64,000 nt of DNA from Mobula hypostoma (lineage: Eukaryota): assembly GCF_963921235.1 (NCBI RefSeq), contig NC_086097.1:218304001-218368000 (forward strand), read 5' to 3'. Positions 13,209-25,568 of the stretch are shown in pieces. A program made the translations under genes and the position numbers. Position 1 is the first letter of the stretch. Each line of letters starts with the position of its first letter. Below the pieces are notes generated by a model. That model was given only the letters and a program-made list of their open reading frames with translations. It was not told the DNA's origin and did not search any database.

Positions 13209-13355
13209 ATACTAGGAAGTACAATGCTACAATACTACACTATGTCAAATGACTTGGGCCCTGCACTTGCTTGACACAAACCTGTGTTTATGCTATATTC
13301 ATGCATAAAGACATAATTTAAACATTAAATTATTTACATTTGGAAACTACAGTTA

Positions 13356-13970
<615 letters not shown>

Positions 13971-14544
13971 ATGCAAAATATAAAAAAAAAGAATGGCCTT
14001 CTTGTTGACTTTATCAACCTGTAACACAATTTAATTCATCATGCCCATCATATACAAGGTGCTTCTTAAAAACAGAACCCAAACGAAATTCTGTCAACGA
14101 ACTAATTTGCACGAATGCCTCGAATTATCAGATTGTTTGGAAGGTTGTCATGTCAGGAAGACCAGTGAAAACAATACTATCGGCTAAGGCTATCATTTAT
14201 TGATACCTTGCGGCATAAATTAGTTATCGTATTAAAAGAATTGAAATAAATGACCCCTTTGGACATAAAATGATCTCCTTTAAAGAGGCGAGCACGATAT
14301 TTTAGAAGGAGAACACAGCGGAGAATCCGTTGAGATTTTGAAAAAAGGGTGCGGTGTTTAGGAATCGATTTTGAAAAGTAAATGTATTTCAGCAATTCCC
14401 TCGGTTACGTTGTGTTCTTACACAATTCTGTTTATTGCAGTATCTATCGCTATAAGCACACCCCAATAAGTTCACTTCTTGATAGGCATATACTATAATT
14501 AACATAACATTACATAGATATAAATAAATACCTAAATATATAAT

Positions 14545-14825
14545 ACGTCCGATCCATTAGAGCCAATCGGCGAACAAATAATTAGAGGGTATGTGGTGCG
14601 AGTAGATATGACGTTGCACTAATAAATATGGGGGCGGGACAAGGTTGTCAGAGCTGGAGACTTGTTGGCAAGAAGGTGGGAAGGAAATTGAAAGTGGGAA
14701 AGAAATGTCAAGTCTGTAAAGCAAATTATCATTTTGCGTATAAATAAGCGTGCCAATTGATAACACGTTTGTTGAGAGAAAAATACATTTTGTATTTTAT
14801 GACGAGGTCGCCCGTGACGTCGGAA
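14545..14825. promoter_or_regulatory. Second promoter-like motif cluster upstream of ARFGEF1
   Basis: AGCCAATCGG (CCAAT at 14563-14567), GGGGCGGG GC-box (about 14631-14638), TGACGTC CRE-like site (14815-14821) and retained CpGs. Confidence 0.45.
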
Positions 14826-14839
14826 TTAAGAGTTTGGAT

Positions 14840-15790
14840 CTTGTTAATCACAGAAATAATAGACTTCGCCACATGCAAGGAATGTTTGAACCCTTTGCAG
14901 CTATCATTACTTGCCTCTTACCATATATAGTGTGTCAGCAATGTAGAAGAGGGGCACAAATCTAGAACTGAATCCTCCTTGAAACTTTTAAAAGGAGAAA
15001 ACAAAAGCAATGAGTATTGAAAGTGGAGGATTTCAACTATCCAAATATGATTGAACTAACATTATTGTAAGGGGGGCGAAAGTGAGGAGGAATTTCTCAA
15101 GGTTGTTCAGTGGAAATTACTTGCCCAAAAAGGGAAAAAATGCCATTGCTTCTCAAAAATCATCTACAGCGAGTATCAATGGGGAAAACATCTACAAAAT
15201 AGCGATCGAAATAAGATCTTGAGAAGCTAAAAAAAAGGATTTAGACCCCTCCAAGGTACAAATTGTCAGTTGCAGAAGAGCCAATTACAATGGGACGTGA
15301 ATAGAAGCTGGAGAAGCTTGGTGGGCAAAACAGAAATCAAATAGTGGGAGGATTTTATGTCAAAATATTTCACCTGCCGTTTGGACTTACTTGAATGTGG
15401 GAGAAGGTCAGAGAAATTCAGGTCAGCATTGTACAAAGGACAAAATATATTGAGTAAAATACAGCAAAATAAAACGTACGACAGTTGCTAGAAGGCTAAG
15501 TGAGAATCATACAGATAGCACAGGAGAGGTAAGTAAAAATGAAATAAGAGAAGAAAATTTGGAGCATGAGAAAAGACAAACCTAAAGTGGAATTAAAAAT
15601 CAGGTTTATAAGAAGGGTAGTATGGCTGATCAGAAACTCAGAAGAAAATTTTCTAAAGACAGAAGTTACTAAATTAATACTTTAATTTATAATTTTCACT
15701 AAGTTAAAAAAACACTTCTAGAATCTCAGCAAAGGAAGTTGTAATTGAGCTTCTAGATGGGTGAGAAGTGGAGATACTGTTATGGCTAAT
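14840..15790 (+). mobile_element. Very old CR1 ORF2 (EN/linker) remnant
   Basis: GGAGGATTTCAACTATCCAAATAT (GDFNYPNI-like) and downstream blocks collinear with the CR1 at 60050-60950. Confidence 0.5.
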
Positions 15791-15881
15791 TTAATTTCCA
15801 TTCAGTCCATTAGGTTTCTGCAATTCCCACAATGATCTGACTCATTCCTCACATAAACTCTTCTCCCCATATTCCCATCAA

Positions 15882-16268
15882 CTATGAGAATAGGTTGAGT
15901 GAACTCGGCCTTTTCTCCTTGGAGCAACGGAGGATAAGAGATGACCTGATAGAGGTATATAAAATGATGAGAGGCATTGATCATGTGAACAGTCAGAAGC
16001 TTTTTCCCAGGGCTAAAATGGTTGCCACAAGAGGACACAGGTTTAAGGTGATGGAGAGTAGGTACAGAGGAGATGTCAGGGGTAGGTTTTTCACTCAGAC
16101 AGTGGTGAGTGTGTGGAATGGGCTGCCAGCAACGGTGGTGGAAGTGGATACGATAGGGTCTTTTAAGAGACTTTTAGAGGGCCTAGTAATCTCTAAGGTA
16201 GGGACATGTTCGGCACAACTTTGTGGGCCAAAAGGCCTGTATTGTGCTGTAGGTTTTCGATGTTTTAA
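15882..16268 (+). mobile_element. CR1 3' end
   Basis: LGLFSLEQRRIRDDLIEVYKMMRG...TRGHRFK...FFTQ..WNGLP, the typical CR1 ORF2 C-terminus. Confidence 0.88.
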
Positions 16269-16269
16269 C

Positions 16270-16506
16270 TATGCCCGGATTCTACCACTAACTTACATGC
16301 TGGGGGTTAATATACAACGGTCAATTAATCTACCAATTCAAAAATCTTAGGAACATGAAAGTAAACCAGGACGCACAGAAAGAACCCAAGTAATCTTGGA
16401 AGGATTGCACAGACTCCAACAGACAATCCCAGAGGGCAAGATTAAACTCAAGTTGTTGGTTCAGTGTGGCAGTAGAACTGCAAGCTAGCTACATTATTGT
16501 GTTGCC
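16270..16506 (-). mobile_element. Decayed V-SINE-like element
   Basis: Reverse complement resembles a tRNA-derived head followed by a V-domain. Heavily diverged. Confidence 0.4.
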
Positions 16507-16619
16507 TAGAGCAGACCAACCACCTGATTGAAACAGAAGTGAAGGAGGAAATTATAGCGGCCTTGGCCACAATATTCCAGACTAACAAAGTAAAGTTGCT
16601 TTTTGGATTGGAAGAAAGT

Positions 16620-17748
16620 GTGCAATAGAGTTTCCCACAGATTGGAATGAGTATCCCAACATTTCATAATATAGATTAATGAGTTGGATGGGTGCAAAAG
16701 GCACAATTTCCTAATTTGCAGATGATACAAAACTGGGAAATGTGGAAATGTAGTGAAATCCACTTCTGTAAGATTTTGACAAACTGACAGAATGAGTGAA
16801 TAGAGTGGACTTAATGTGAGGAATCTGATTTCCAAATCAAGTCTCCATTATCAGTCAGGGATCTGGATACAGACATCCTATGCATAACCAAAATATGGAC
16901 ATCTTGAAGGTCACTGGCAATGACACTAGGGTTTCAAAGGCAACACTCCAGGAAATACATGACCAAACTTGCAGATCATATGTCATTGGTGTATAAGGGC
17001 TTGGTGTTCAACTTGGTAGGAAGAACACGAACGTAAACTGGAAGGTACAATTCCCAAAATGGGCAACTGTATAAAAAGATCTACACTTCCTTTGAACAGT
17101 TCACTGAAAATGGCAAACAATTTGAGAGAGGTTAGAAAAGTATCTAGGATCCTGGACTTTATAAACAAAGGCATGGAGCACATGATGTTCTTTATAAACC
17201 ATAAATGAACCTTGCTGACAATCTTTTATAAAACACAATCAGAATCAGAATAATGTGCCTGCCTGGGTAAGATGTGAAATCTTTGGAGAGATTCCAGGAA
17301 AGAAATACCTAAATGATTTCAGAGCAATTGTAGTTATATGGAAGGACCGGAGAAGCTGGGATTATTCTTGGAACAGACAAGATTGAAAGGAAATCTAATA
17401 GCTGTATTTAAAATTGAAAAAGTTGAAGACAGAGTAAATAGAAATCAAACATTCCTATTTAGAAGTATTCAAGAATTAGGTTCAGAGAATGAAGATGATT
17501 AGTTGAAGAACTAAAAGGAATATGAGGAAGCTTTTTTTTTATAAAGCAAGTGGTCATGTTTGGGAATACACTTTCGGCGATGGTGGTAAATGCAGATTGA
17601 ATTGTAGCATTCTAAAGGAACTGGAAAAGTATATGAAAGGAAGGAAAGAACTTTCAGGAAAGGGCAGAGGTGTAGAACTACAGTATTAGTAGTCTTGCAT
17701 CGTGCCTATATGGCCAAATGCCCTCCTTGTATTCTGTGAGTCTATGAA
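16620..17748 (+). mobile_element. Old CR1 RT to 3' end remnant
   Basis: ATTTGCAGATGATACAAAACTGGG (FADDTKLG) and GAGAAGCTGGGATTATTC...GGAAATCTAATAG. Confidence 0.65.
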
Positions 17749-19429
17749 AAAAATATTTAGCTACATTACAGGCTGAACCAGTTTTGACAGGTTTTCCACC
17801 AAGTTCACATAAAATACAATGTAACACCAATTATGATCAATATTGGTAGAGCTACTAGGACTTGATGTTTCAATCCCTATGGTAAGTTGGCACTCTCGAT
17901 GTTGGCAGTGGGTTTGGAGTGGTGACAAGGAAGGAGGGTAGGTACGTCATTGGGGTCATCAGATGGGTACCCTCCTTCTTTGACGTTTCACTGATAAGGC
18001 CACGACGTCTCCAGAGGGCTCAATGGTGCTACCTGGAGTCCCAGATACACCCCCCTCAATTCCATACCCTCCTGTCTTCATCTTGCAGCCCAGTTGTTGT
18101 CTTTCCTTTTAATCCAATTAGTAAGTCCTGAACACATATCTTTTTCCAAGTATATATTTCACAGTAATGTATACATTTCCAATGGAAACTTTTAAAAAAT
18201 CACCTGATACAAGAAAACGAAAAAAACAGGTGGAATCTGAACAATCATATGGATGTACGTTTACGGCAAAAAGGGAACATTTGGAAGTTTATCAGGAAAA
18301 TGAGATACCAACACTCGAAAAGAATTGGTGACAATAAATGATTTAAAGAATTGTTGGGTCAATTGAATAGAAAGCACAACAACAAAGAGTAGCATATAGT
18401 TCCCGAGTACAAAGAACATTACTAACATTACCAAGACTAACAAAACCCTGTAACTTTGTTACCTTCATGTAAACACTTCAGTGGATTGTTCGTTTTACCC
18501 AGCCAGAAAACCATGCAAGCAAAGAAATAGCAAACAGAATTAAATCTGGAGAAAGATGCTCCTGTTTATATCAAATACACAAAAACAGCAATCAGAAGCA
18601 TTAAGTTCATTCGATATACAGTACTATGGTGATAATAGAATCAGAAGCACAGATTGGGAAGGAAAGAAACAGAATAATATGTTCATATTTTTTGGAGGAA
18701 TCATATCACTGTTTTCTAGCTTCCAAAGGTTAGATGAAAGCTTTGTAGTTCTGCTGATTTCAGTAATAAATCATGGTAGAGAATTAAAACAGGGAGGAGG
18801 TTCCAAGAACGTCCTTGACCTCAACAATTATGGAAATCTGATGTGAGAATTAAACAGGGTCTGGTGACGCATTAGTGACCTTAGTCAGCTAGAACTTTCA
18901 AGTCAATGATTTATCTTGGAATCCTCTTAAGATCCTCAAATTACAGAAGCCTGTCTTTCACTGTTTGATTCACTGCTCATAACGTCAAAAAATCACTGAG
19001 AGGGCTGAAAACAGGAAAGCCTATGAGACCAGATGGCATCTCAATTGTAATCCTGCAGATCTGCGCTGTGGAACTATTTGATCCTCTGGTAAGTTATTCC
19101 AGTACAATAGCAACATTGACCTATACCTGGTAATGTAGAATATTGCTCAGATACTGACTGTATGTCTGGTTCAGAAAAAAAATATAGAACAAATCCTATG
19201 TGGCTGTTCACCTTTCAGCCAGTCCAGTTCACTGTGCTGCTTGATTTATTATTTTAGTAACATGTCTCCCAATTGCAATGGGCATTACTACAAAGACTTC
19301 TACAACTCTGTAACTTTGATATCTTCTAAAGAATACTTCAGTAGATTGTTTGCTTATTTGTTTTATTCAGCCAGAATGAAATGTAGATAAAGAAGTAGAA
19401 AATGGACTTCAATCTGGAGTACATAGATA

Positions 19430-19592
19430 AATGTGAGAAATTCTGCAGGTGCTGGAAATCCAGAGTAACACACACAAAATGCTGGAGGAACTCATTAGAT
19501 CAGGGAGCATCTATGGAAATGAATAAGCAGTCGATGTTTTGGACCGAGACACTTCTTTAGAACTGAAAAGGAAGGGGGAAGACACCAGAATG
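19430..19592 (-). mobile_element. Older PLE terminal fragment with degenerate hammerhead (19528-19565)
   Basis: AATTCTGCAGGTGCTGGAAATCC...GCATCTATGGAA...CAGTCGATGTTTTGGACCGAGAC aligns by eye with 24262-24395. Ribozyme core is mutated. Confidence 0.65.
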
Positions 19593-19667
19593 GAGAAGCA
19601 TACTCCTGTTTACATCAAAAGTGCTGAGGTCAAGAAAGTAGAGAGTGAACATCATCAATATCCTATC

Positions 19668-21512
19668 CTTCATTAAAACCTTGTGGATGAGTGTGTGCCT
19701 ACAAAGACTTACTGTACATTTCCAAACCAAAAGCCATGGATGAACCAGAAGGTACGTCATCTGCTGAAAGCTAGATCTGTGGCATCCAAGTCTGGCAACC
19801 CAGGCCTGTACCAGAAAAGCAGGTATGATTTACGGAGGGCTATTTCAAGGGCGAAGAGACAACTTTGAAGGAGGTTGGAGGTGATATCAGATGCATGACA
19901 ACTTTGGCAGGGTCTGCAAGACATTACTTCCTACAAAGTGAAACCCAATAGTATGAATGGCAACGATACTTCACTACCAGATGAACTCAACGCCTTCTAT
20001 GCACACTTCGAAAGGGAGAACACAACTACAACTGTGAAGATCCCTGCTGCACCTGATCACCCTGTGATCTCTGTCTTAGAGGCAGATGTTAGACTGTTTT
20101 TAAAGAGAGTGCACCCTTGCAAGGCAGAAGGTCCCGATGGAGTACCTGGTAAGGCTCTGAAAACCTGTGCCGACCAACTAGCGGGAGTATTCAAGGACAT
20201 TTTCAACCTCTTACTGCTACGGGCAGAAGTTCCCACTTGCTTCAAAAAGGCAACAATTATACCAGTGCCTAAGAGGAATAATGTAAGCTGCCTTAACGAC
20301 TATCACCCGGTAGTGCTCATATCGACAGTGATGAAATGCTTTGAGAGGTTGGTCATGACTAGACTGAACTCCTGCCTCAGCAAGGACCTGGACCCATTGC
20401 AATTTGCCTATCACCACAATAGGTCAACGGCAGACGCAATCTCAATGGCTCTCCACACGGCTTTAGACCATCTGGACAACACAAACACCTACGTCAGGAT
20501 GCTGCTCATCGATAACATATCCTCCTCACTGACAATCAACACTGGCACACCCAAGGGGTGTGTGCTTAGCCCACTGCTCTACTCTCTGTATACACATGAC
20601 TAGGCATAGCTCAAATGCCATCTACAAATCTGCTGATGATACAACCACTGTTGGTGGAATCTCAGGTAGTGACGACAGGGCGTACAGGAGTGAGATATAC
20701 CAACTAGTGGAATTGTGCCACAGCAGCAACCTGGCACTCCACATCAGTAAGACGAAAGAGTTGATTGTGGACTTCAGGAAGGGTAAGACGAAGGAGCACA
20801 TACCAATCCTCATAGAGGGATCAGAAGTGGAGAGAGTGAGCAGCTTCAAGTTCCTGGGTGTCAAGATCTCTGAGGATCTAACCTGGTCCTAACACATTGA
20901 TGTAGTCATAAAGAAGGCAAGACAGTGCTATACTTTATTAGGAGTTTGAAGAGATTTGGCATGTCCACAAATACATTCAGAAACTTCTATAGTTGTACTG
21001 TGGAGAGCATTCTGCATCACTGTCTGGTATGGAGGGGCTACCGCACAGGACCGAAAGAAGCTGCAGAGGGTTGTAAATCTAGTCAACTCAATCTTGGGCA
21101 CTAGCCTACAATGTACCCAGGACATCTTTAGGGAGTGGTGTCTCAGAAAGGCAGCGTCCATTATTAAGGACCTCCAGCACCCAGGGCATGCCCTTTTCTC
21201 ATGGTTACCATCAGGCAGGAGATATAGAACCCTGAAGGCACACACTCAGCGATTCAGGAACAGCTTCTTCCCCTCTGCCATCCCATTCCTAAATGGACAT
21301 TGAAGCTTTGGACACTACCTCATTTTTTTCTGTTTTTGCACATTCAAAAAAAATCTATTCAATACACCTAATTGATTTACTTGTTTATCTATTATATTTT
21401 ATTAATTATTTTTTTGCTCTCTCTGCTAGATTATGTATTGCATTAAACTGCTGCTGCTAAGTTAACAAATTTCACGTCACATGCCGTTGATAATAAACCT
21501 GATTCTGATTCA
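19668..21512 (+). mobile_element. Rex1/Babar-like LINE, 5'-truncated, small internal deletion at about 20510
   Basis: RT region [39 protein letters not shown], and 3' tail GATAATAAACCTGATTCTGATTC. Same family as 49528-52220. Confidence 0.88.
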
Positions 21513-21514
21513 AT

Positions 21515-22112
21515 CATGTTGATGTCATGGCGAAGGAAACTCACCAGTACCTATGCTTTCTCTATAGGCACTTCCCCTCAAACCCTCACAAATTTTTGTT
21601 GATGCAGCACAGAAAGAATCTATCGAATGCTTCATGGTTTGGTATGGATCCTGCTTTGCCTGGGATTGTAAGAAACTTCAGAGAATTATGATTACACCCC
21701 CCACATCATGGAAACCAACCACCCCTCAATGGACTCTGTTTACACTTCTCACTGCCTCAGTAAAGCAGCCAGCATAATCGAAAACCCCATCCTCTCCAGA
21801 TATTTTCTCTATTCCCTCCTCCCATTGGGGGAGAGGATAAAAATGGCAAAAAGCATGTATCACCAGACACAAGGGCGATTTCTATCCTGCTGATATAAGA
21901 CTACTGAACAGGTCCCCATTACGTTAAGAATGGACTCGACCTCACAATCTACCTTGTTATGACCTTGCACCTCATCTTATTGTCTACCCGCACTGACTTT
22001 TTTCGCAACACTTTTTTGCACTCTTATTGTTTTACCTTTTACAACCTCAACACACAGTTGTAAATGAATTGACCTGTATAAACAGTATGCATGGAAAGTT
22101 TTCCACTGTGGA
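21515..22112 (+). mobile_element. Older Rex1-like 3' fragment
   Basis: CLSKAASII..YSLLPLGER, the Rex ORF C-terminus, followed by a 3' UTR. Confidence 0.65.
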
Positions 22113-24353
22113 TGATATCATAAGATATATGAGTCGACTTAGGCCATTTGGCCCATTGATTCTGCTCTGTCATTCTATCACTGCTGCTCTATTATCCCTC
22201 CCAACCCCTTTCTCCTGCCTTCTCCCTGTAACCTTTGACGCCTATACTAATCAAGAACCTATCAACCCCCACTTTAAATATTCCCAGTGCTTTGCCTCCA
22301 CAGCCATCAGTGTCAATGAGTGCCACTGATTCACCACCCTCTGGATAAAGAAATTCCTTTGCATCTTGTTCGGCATGGACGCCCCTCTTATTCTAAGGCT
22401 GCGCTCCCTGGTTCTAAACTCCCCCCATTTTAGGAGACATCCTCTCCACATCCAGTCTCCCCAGGCCTTTCAATAGGTTTCAATGAGATTCTCCCTCATT
22501 TTTCTAACCTTCAGCAAGCATAGTCCCAGAGCCATCAAATGCTCCTCATACTTTAACCCTTATATTCCTAGGATCGTTCTCGTGAACCTCCCCTGGACTC
22601 ACTCCAATGCCAGCACACCCTTTCTTAAATGAGGGGCCTAAAACTGTTCACGATACTCCAAGAGCAGTCTGACAAATGCCCTATACAGCCTCAGCATTAC
22701 AGTTTTGTTTTGTATTCTGGTCCTCTCAAAATAGATGCTAACTTTGCATTTGCCTTCCTTGTCACTGATTCATTCTGAATATTAACATTCAGGGAATCCT
22801 GCACGAGTACTCCCAAGTCCCTTTGCACCTCTGATTTCTAAATGTTTTTCCCACATAGAAAATACTATACATCTTTCTTTCTTTCTTTTTAAATCTTTTT
22901 ATTAAATTAGTACACAAAAGATAAACCATGTAGACACTAATACACTGTTGCAATATAAATTTGCAGAAGATATTAACACACAAAAAAAAGTGAGTACAAT
23001 CAGTGCAGTTTAGATATAAAATAACAAGGTAATATAATAGTATACTAATTTTCCATACATATCAATAAAGAGAAGAAAAAACCCCAAAACCCCCTCCCCC
23101 CAAAAAACCCACCGTGCAACTAATCTAAAAAGCAAAGCAAAGCAATGGGCTAACTAGGTATCAAGTAGACTTAAACAACTTAAAACAATCACATCCTCAA
23201 ACCCGACTTCCATTAAAAACAGTTAAAAAAGCAAGAAGGGAATGTAAATATGGGCAAAGAGAAAAAAAATTACATTAAATGAAAATGTTGAATAAAAGAT
23301 CTCCAGGTCTGTTCAAATTTAACTGAAGTATCATAAAGATTATTTCTGATTTTCTCCAAATTTAAACATAGTATCATCTGAGAAAACCAAAAGAACATAG
23401 TTGGGGCATTAATCTCCTTCCAATGTTGTAAAATACATCTTTTCGCCATTAAAGTAAGAAATGCAATCATTCTACGGGCTGAAGGGGAAAGATTACTGGA
23501 AATTTTAGGTAATCCAAAGATAGCAGTAATAGGATGGGGAGAAATATCTATATTCAATACCTTTGAAATAATATTAAAAATGTCTTTCCAAAAAGTTTCC
23601 AAAGTAGGACAGGACCAAAACATATGAGTTAAGGAGGCTATCTCCCCATGACATCTGTCACAAAAAGGGTTAATATGAGAATAAAACCAAGCTAATTTAT
23701 CTTTAGACATATGTGCTCTATGAACAACTTTAAATTGAATTAGGGAATGTTTGGAACAGGTAGAGGAAGTATTGAATAGTTGTAAAGTATGCGCCCAGTC
23801 ATCCGCCGAGATAATAAAGCCCAATTCCTTTTCCCAATCTGACCTAATCTTATCGAATGGAGCTTTCCTAAGTTTCATGATAGTATTATAAATAATAGCC
23901 GTTACACCTTTCTGACATGGGTTAAGGTTAATTATAGTATCTAAAATATATGTAGGAGGTAACGTCGGAAAGGAAGAGAGTATAGTACTTAGGAAATTTC
24001 TAACTTGGAGATATCTAAAAAAATGTATTCTTGGTAAGTTATATTTGTTAGATAATTGTTCAAAAGACATAAGGGAGCCATCTAAAAATAAATCCAAAAA
24101 CCGTGATATACCATTAGTCTTCCAAATTTGAAAGGCACAGTCAGTGGAAGAGGGGAGAAAGAATATGCTGCCTAAAATAGGAGTCGCAAGCCCAAGTTGA
24201 TTAAGATCGAAAAATTTTCAGAATTGAAACCAAATACATAAGGTATATTTAACTGCAAACAACAGGAATTCTGCAGATGCTGGAAATTCAAGCAACATAC
24301 ATCAAAGTTGCTGGTGAACGCAGCAGGCCAAGCAGCATCTATAGGAAGAGGCG

Positions 24354-24391
24354 CAGTCGATGTTTCAGGCCGAGACCCTTCGTCAGGACTA
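24354..24391 (-). ncRNA. Minimal hammerhead ribozyme, left arm of PLE palindrome
   Basis: Same 38-nt motif with ACGT changed to ACAT (CpG decay). Confidence 0.68.
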
Positions 24392-25530
24392 ACTGAAGGA
24401 AGAGTGAGTAAGGGATTTGAAAGCTGGAGGGGGAGGGGGAGATGCAAAATGATAGGAGAAGACAGGAGGGGGAGGGATGGAGCCAAGAGCTGGACAGGTG
24501 ATAGGCAAAAGGGGATACGAGAGGATCATGGGACAGGAGGTCCGGGAAGAAAGACGGGGGGGGGTGACCCAGAGGATGGGCGAGAGGTATATTCAGAGGG
24601 ACAGAGGGAGAAAAAGGAGAGTGAGAGAAAGAATGTGTGCATAAAAATGAGTAACAGCTGGGGTACGAGGGGGAGGTGGGGCTTAGCGGAAGTTAGAGAA
24701 GTCAATGTTCATGCCATCAGGTTGGAGGCTACCCAGACGGAATATAAGGTGTTGTTCCTCCAACCTGAGTGTGGCTTCATCTTTACAGTAGAGGAGGCCG
24801 TGGATAGACATGTCAGAATGGGAATGGGATGTGGAATTAAAATGTGTGGCCACTGGGAGATCCTGCTTTCTCTGGCGGACAGAGCGTAGATGTTCAGCAA
24901 GGCGGTCTCCCAGTCTGCGTTGGGTCTCACCAATATATAAAAGGGTGATATACTGCGTCCGGTGCTCCCGATGTGGCCTCTTATATATTGGTGAGACCCG
25001 ACGCAGACTGGGAGACCGCTTTGCTGAACATCTACGCTCTGTCCGCCAGAGAAAGCAGGATCTCCCAGTGGCCACACATTTTAATTCCACATCCCATTCC
25101 CATTCTGACATGTCTATCCACGGCCTCCTCTACTGTAAAGATGAAGCCACACTCAGGTTGGAGGAACAACACCTTATATTCCGTCTGGGTAGCCTTCAAC
25201 CTGATGGCATGAACATTGACTTCTCTAACTTCCGCTAGGCCCCACCTCCCCCTCGTACCCCAGCTGTTACTCATTTTTATGCACACATTCTTTCTCTCAC
25301 TCTCCTTTTTCTCCCTCTGTCCCTCTGAATATACCTCTTTCCCATCCTCTGGGTCACCCCCCCCCCGTCTTTCTTCCCGGACCTCCTGTCCCATGATCCT
25401 CTCGTATCCCCTTTTGCCTATCACCTGTCCAGCTCTCGGCTCTACCCCTCCCCCTCCTGTCTTCTCCTATCATTTTGCATCTCCCCCTCCCCCTCCAGCT
25501 TTCAAATCCCTTACTCACTCTTCCTTCAGT

Positions 25531-25568
25531 TAGTCCTGACGAAGGGTCTCGGCCTGAAATGTCGACTG
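25531..25568 (+). ncRNA. Minimal hammerhead ribozyme, right arm of PLE palindrome
   Basis: Same 38-nt motif with ACGT changed to ATGT (CpG decay). Confidence 0.68.

Noticed and set aside
24354..25568. The two palindrome hammerheads have mutually complementary helix III sequences (ACAU and AUGU), suggesting an evolved heterodimer
   Set aside because: Fully explained by independent CpG deamination of the same ACGT. The two copies are also on opposite strands.
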